Below, in pieces: positions 52,401 through 53,465 of a stretch of 53,465 bases of DNA. The notes below the pieces were generated by a model. It had not been told where the DNA came from, ran no database searches, and saw only the letters and a program-made list of their open reading frames with translations. Origin of the DNA: Pirellula sp. (GTDB taxonomy: Bacteria; Planctomycetota; Planctomycetia; Pirellulales; Pirellulaceae); the NCBI GenBank assembly GCA_044344575.1, contig JBIJCS010000001.1:1-53465 (forward strand), read 5' to 3'. The position numbers and the translations under genes are program-made. Each line of letters begins with the position of its first letter. Position 1 is the stretch's first letter.

Positions 52401-53465
52401 ATGACCTCTCCCGCCGACTCAGCCTCTTCTGGATCGACTTCTAAACAGATTGCAAACGTGATGAATGAGACTCGGGTGTTTCCGCCGAGTTCTCAGTTCC
52501 AAGAGCGCGCTGCGATTGGATCCATGCAAGCTTACGAAACGTTGTACCAGCAATCGATTGCGGATACGGAAGCATTTTGGGAAGCAGAGGCGAGGGAGCA
52601 TTTGCATTGGTTCGAACCATTCAACAGGACTTTGGTTTGGGATGAACCGTTCGCACAGTGGTTTGTTGGAGGCAAAACGAATGTTTCTGCCAACTGTTTG
52701 GATGTCCACGTTCAAGCGGGACGAGGCGATAGGGTAGCTTTTCATTGGGAAGGGGAGCCAGGGGAGACGCGAACCATCACCTACGCAGAACTCCTCAAGG
52801 ACGTATGCAAGTTCGCTTCTGCGCTGACCAAACTTGGTATTCAAAAAGGTGACCGAGTTAGCATCTATATGCCGATGGTGCCTGAATTGCCAGTTGCGAT
52901 GCTCGCTTGTGCCCGTATCGGTGCGATCCATTCCGTTATCTTTGGCGGTTTTAGCGCAGAGGCCATTGCCGATCGAAACAACGATGCTGAAGCCAAATTG
53001 GTCATCACCGCCGATGGAGGATATCGGCGGGGTAAGCTGCTGCAGCTCAAGCAAACGGTCGATGAGGCACTGACCAAGAGTCCAACTGTGGAGCATTGTG
53101 TTGTTCTTAAGCGGGCCGATGGGAATGTTCCTATGCAATCGGGACGCGACGTTTGGTGGCACAACATCACGGAACGAGAACCAGATCACTTCCCCGCAGT
53201 TCCGCTCGAGAGCGAGGATCCGCTATTCATTCTCTATACATCAGGTTCAACGGGAAAGCCAAAGGGGATCAAGCACACCACGGCTGGCTATAACTTGTAC
53301 GCAAAGCGAACCTTTCAATGGGTGTTTGATCATCGCGACGAAGATATTTTCTGGTGTACTGCGGATTGCGGTTGGATCACTGGTCACAGTTACATCGTGT
53401 ATGGACCTCTATCTGCAGGCGCCACCCAGGTTCTCTATGAGGGTGCTCCGAATTGGCCGGCAGAA
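52401..53465 (+). CDS. acs: Acetyl-CoA synthetase, 3'-truncated by window edge (absent from ORF track)
   Basis: Own translation from ATG 52401: [78 protein letters not shown]. Confidence 0.95.
   Translation, partial: MTSPADSASSGSTSKQIANVMNETRVFPPSSQFQERAAIGSMQAYETLYQQSIADTEAFWEAEAREHLHWFEPFNRTLVWDEPFAQWFVGGKTNVSANCLDVHVQAGRGDRVAFHWEGEPGETRTITYAELLKDVCKFASALTKLGIQKGDRVSIYMPMVPELPVAMLACARIGAIHSVIFGGFSAEAIADRNNDAEAKLVITADGGYRRGKLLQLKQTVDEALTKSPTVEHCVVLKRADGNVPMQSGRDVWWHNITEREPDHFPAVPLESEDPLFILYTSGSTGKPKGIKHTTAGYNLYAKRTFQWVFDHRDEDIFWCTADCGWITGHSYIVYGPLSAGATQVLYEGAPNWPAE

Noticed and set aside
52419-53189. 256-aa minus-strand ORF
   Set aside because: Antisense shadow of acs, which is the real gene but is missing from the track because it runs off the window.
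1-53465. CRISPR arrays, IS elements, prophage, defence or biosynthetic clusters, tRNA/rRNA
   Set aside because: No spaced repeat arrays, transposase/integrase ORFs or recognisable stable RNA genes were seen on reading.

Overview
53.5-kb chromosomal window of mostly core genes. Gene content and the RpoB/RpoC sequences suggest a planctomycete (Pirellulaceae-like); this is an inference. About 34 CDSs: partial GT4 glycosyltransferase, polX, DUF480 protein, orphan UrtA/AmiC-type binding protein with a DUF4239 membrane protein, lpdA, leuS, RNase Z-like hydrolase with two tandem purine nucleoside phosphorylases, ilvB, a sensor kinase with a sigma54-dependent response regulator, a 1018-aa GH38-like protein-Ser/Thr kinase-cdsA-phoH-7TM-HD run, lipase, transglutaminase-like protein, glpK-glpD-phosphoesterase, bioD, a methyltransferase, rpoC, rpoB, sucB, a TIM-barrel epimerase and partial acs. 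No tRNA, rRNA, CRISPR or mobile element was seen. The best signal is non-coding. Between ilvB and the response regulator, the + strand carries tandem enhancer-like sites, a near-consensus sigma54 -24/-12 promoter, and a ~100-nt GU-rich rod hairpin ending in T7, with no credible + strand gene. This is a candidate unannotated sigma54-dependent small RNA controlled by the adjacent two-component system. The long rpoB upstream region also holds a uORF with a strong Shine-Dalgarno and a possible structured leader. All family calls and RNA folds are from reading the sequence by eye; no searches were run.
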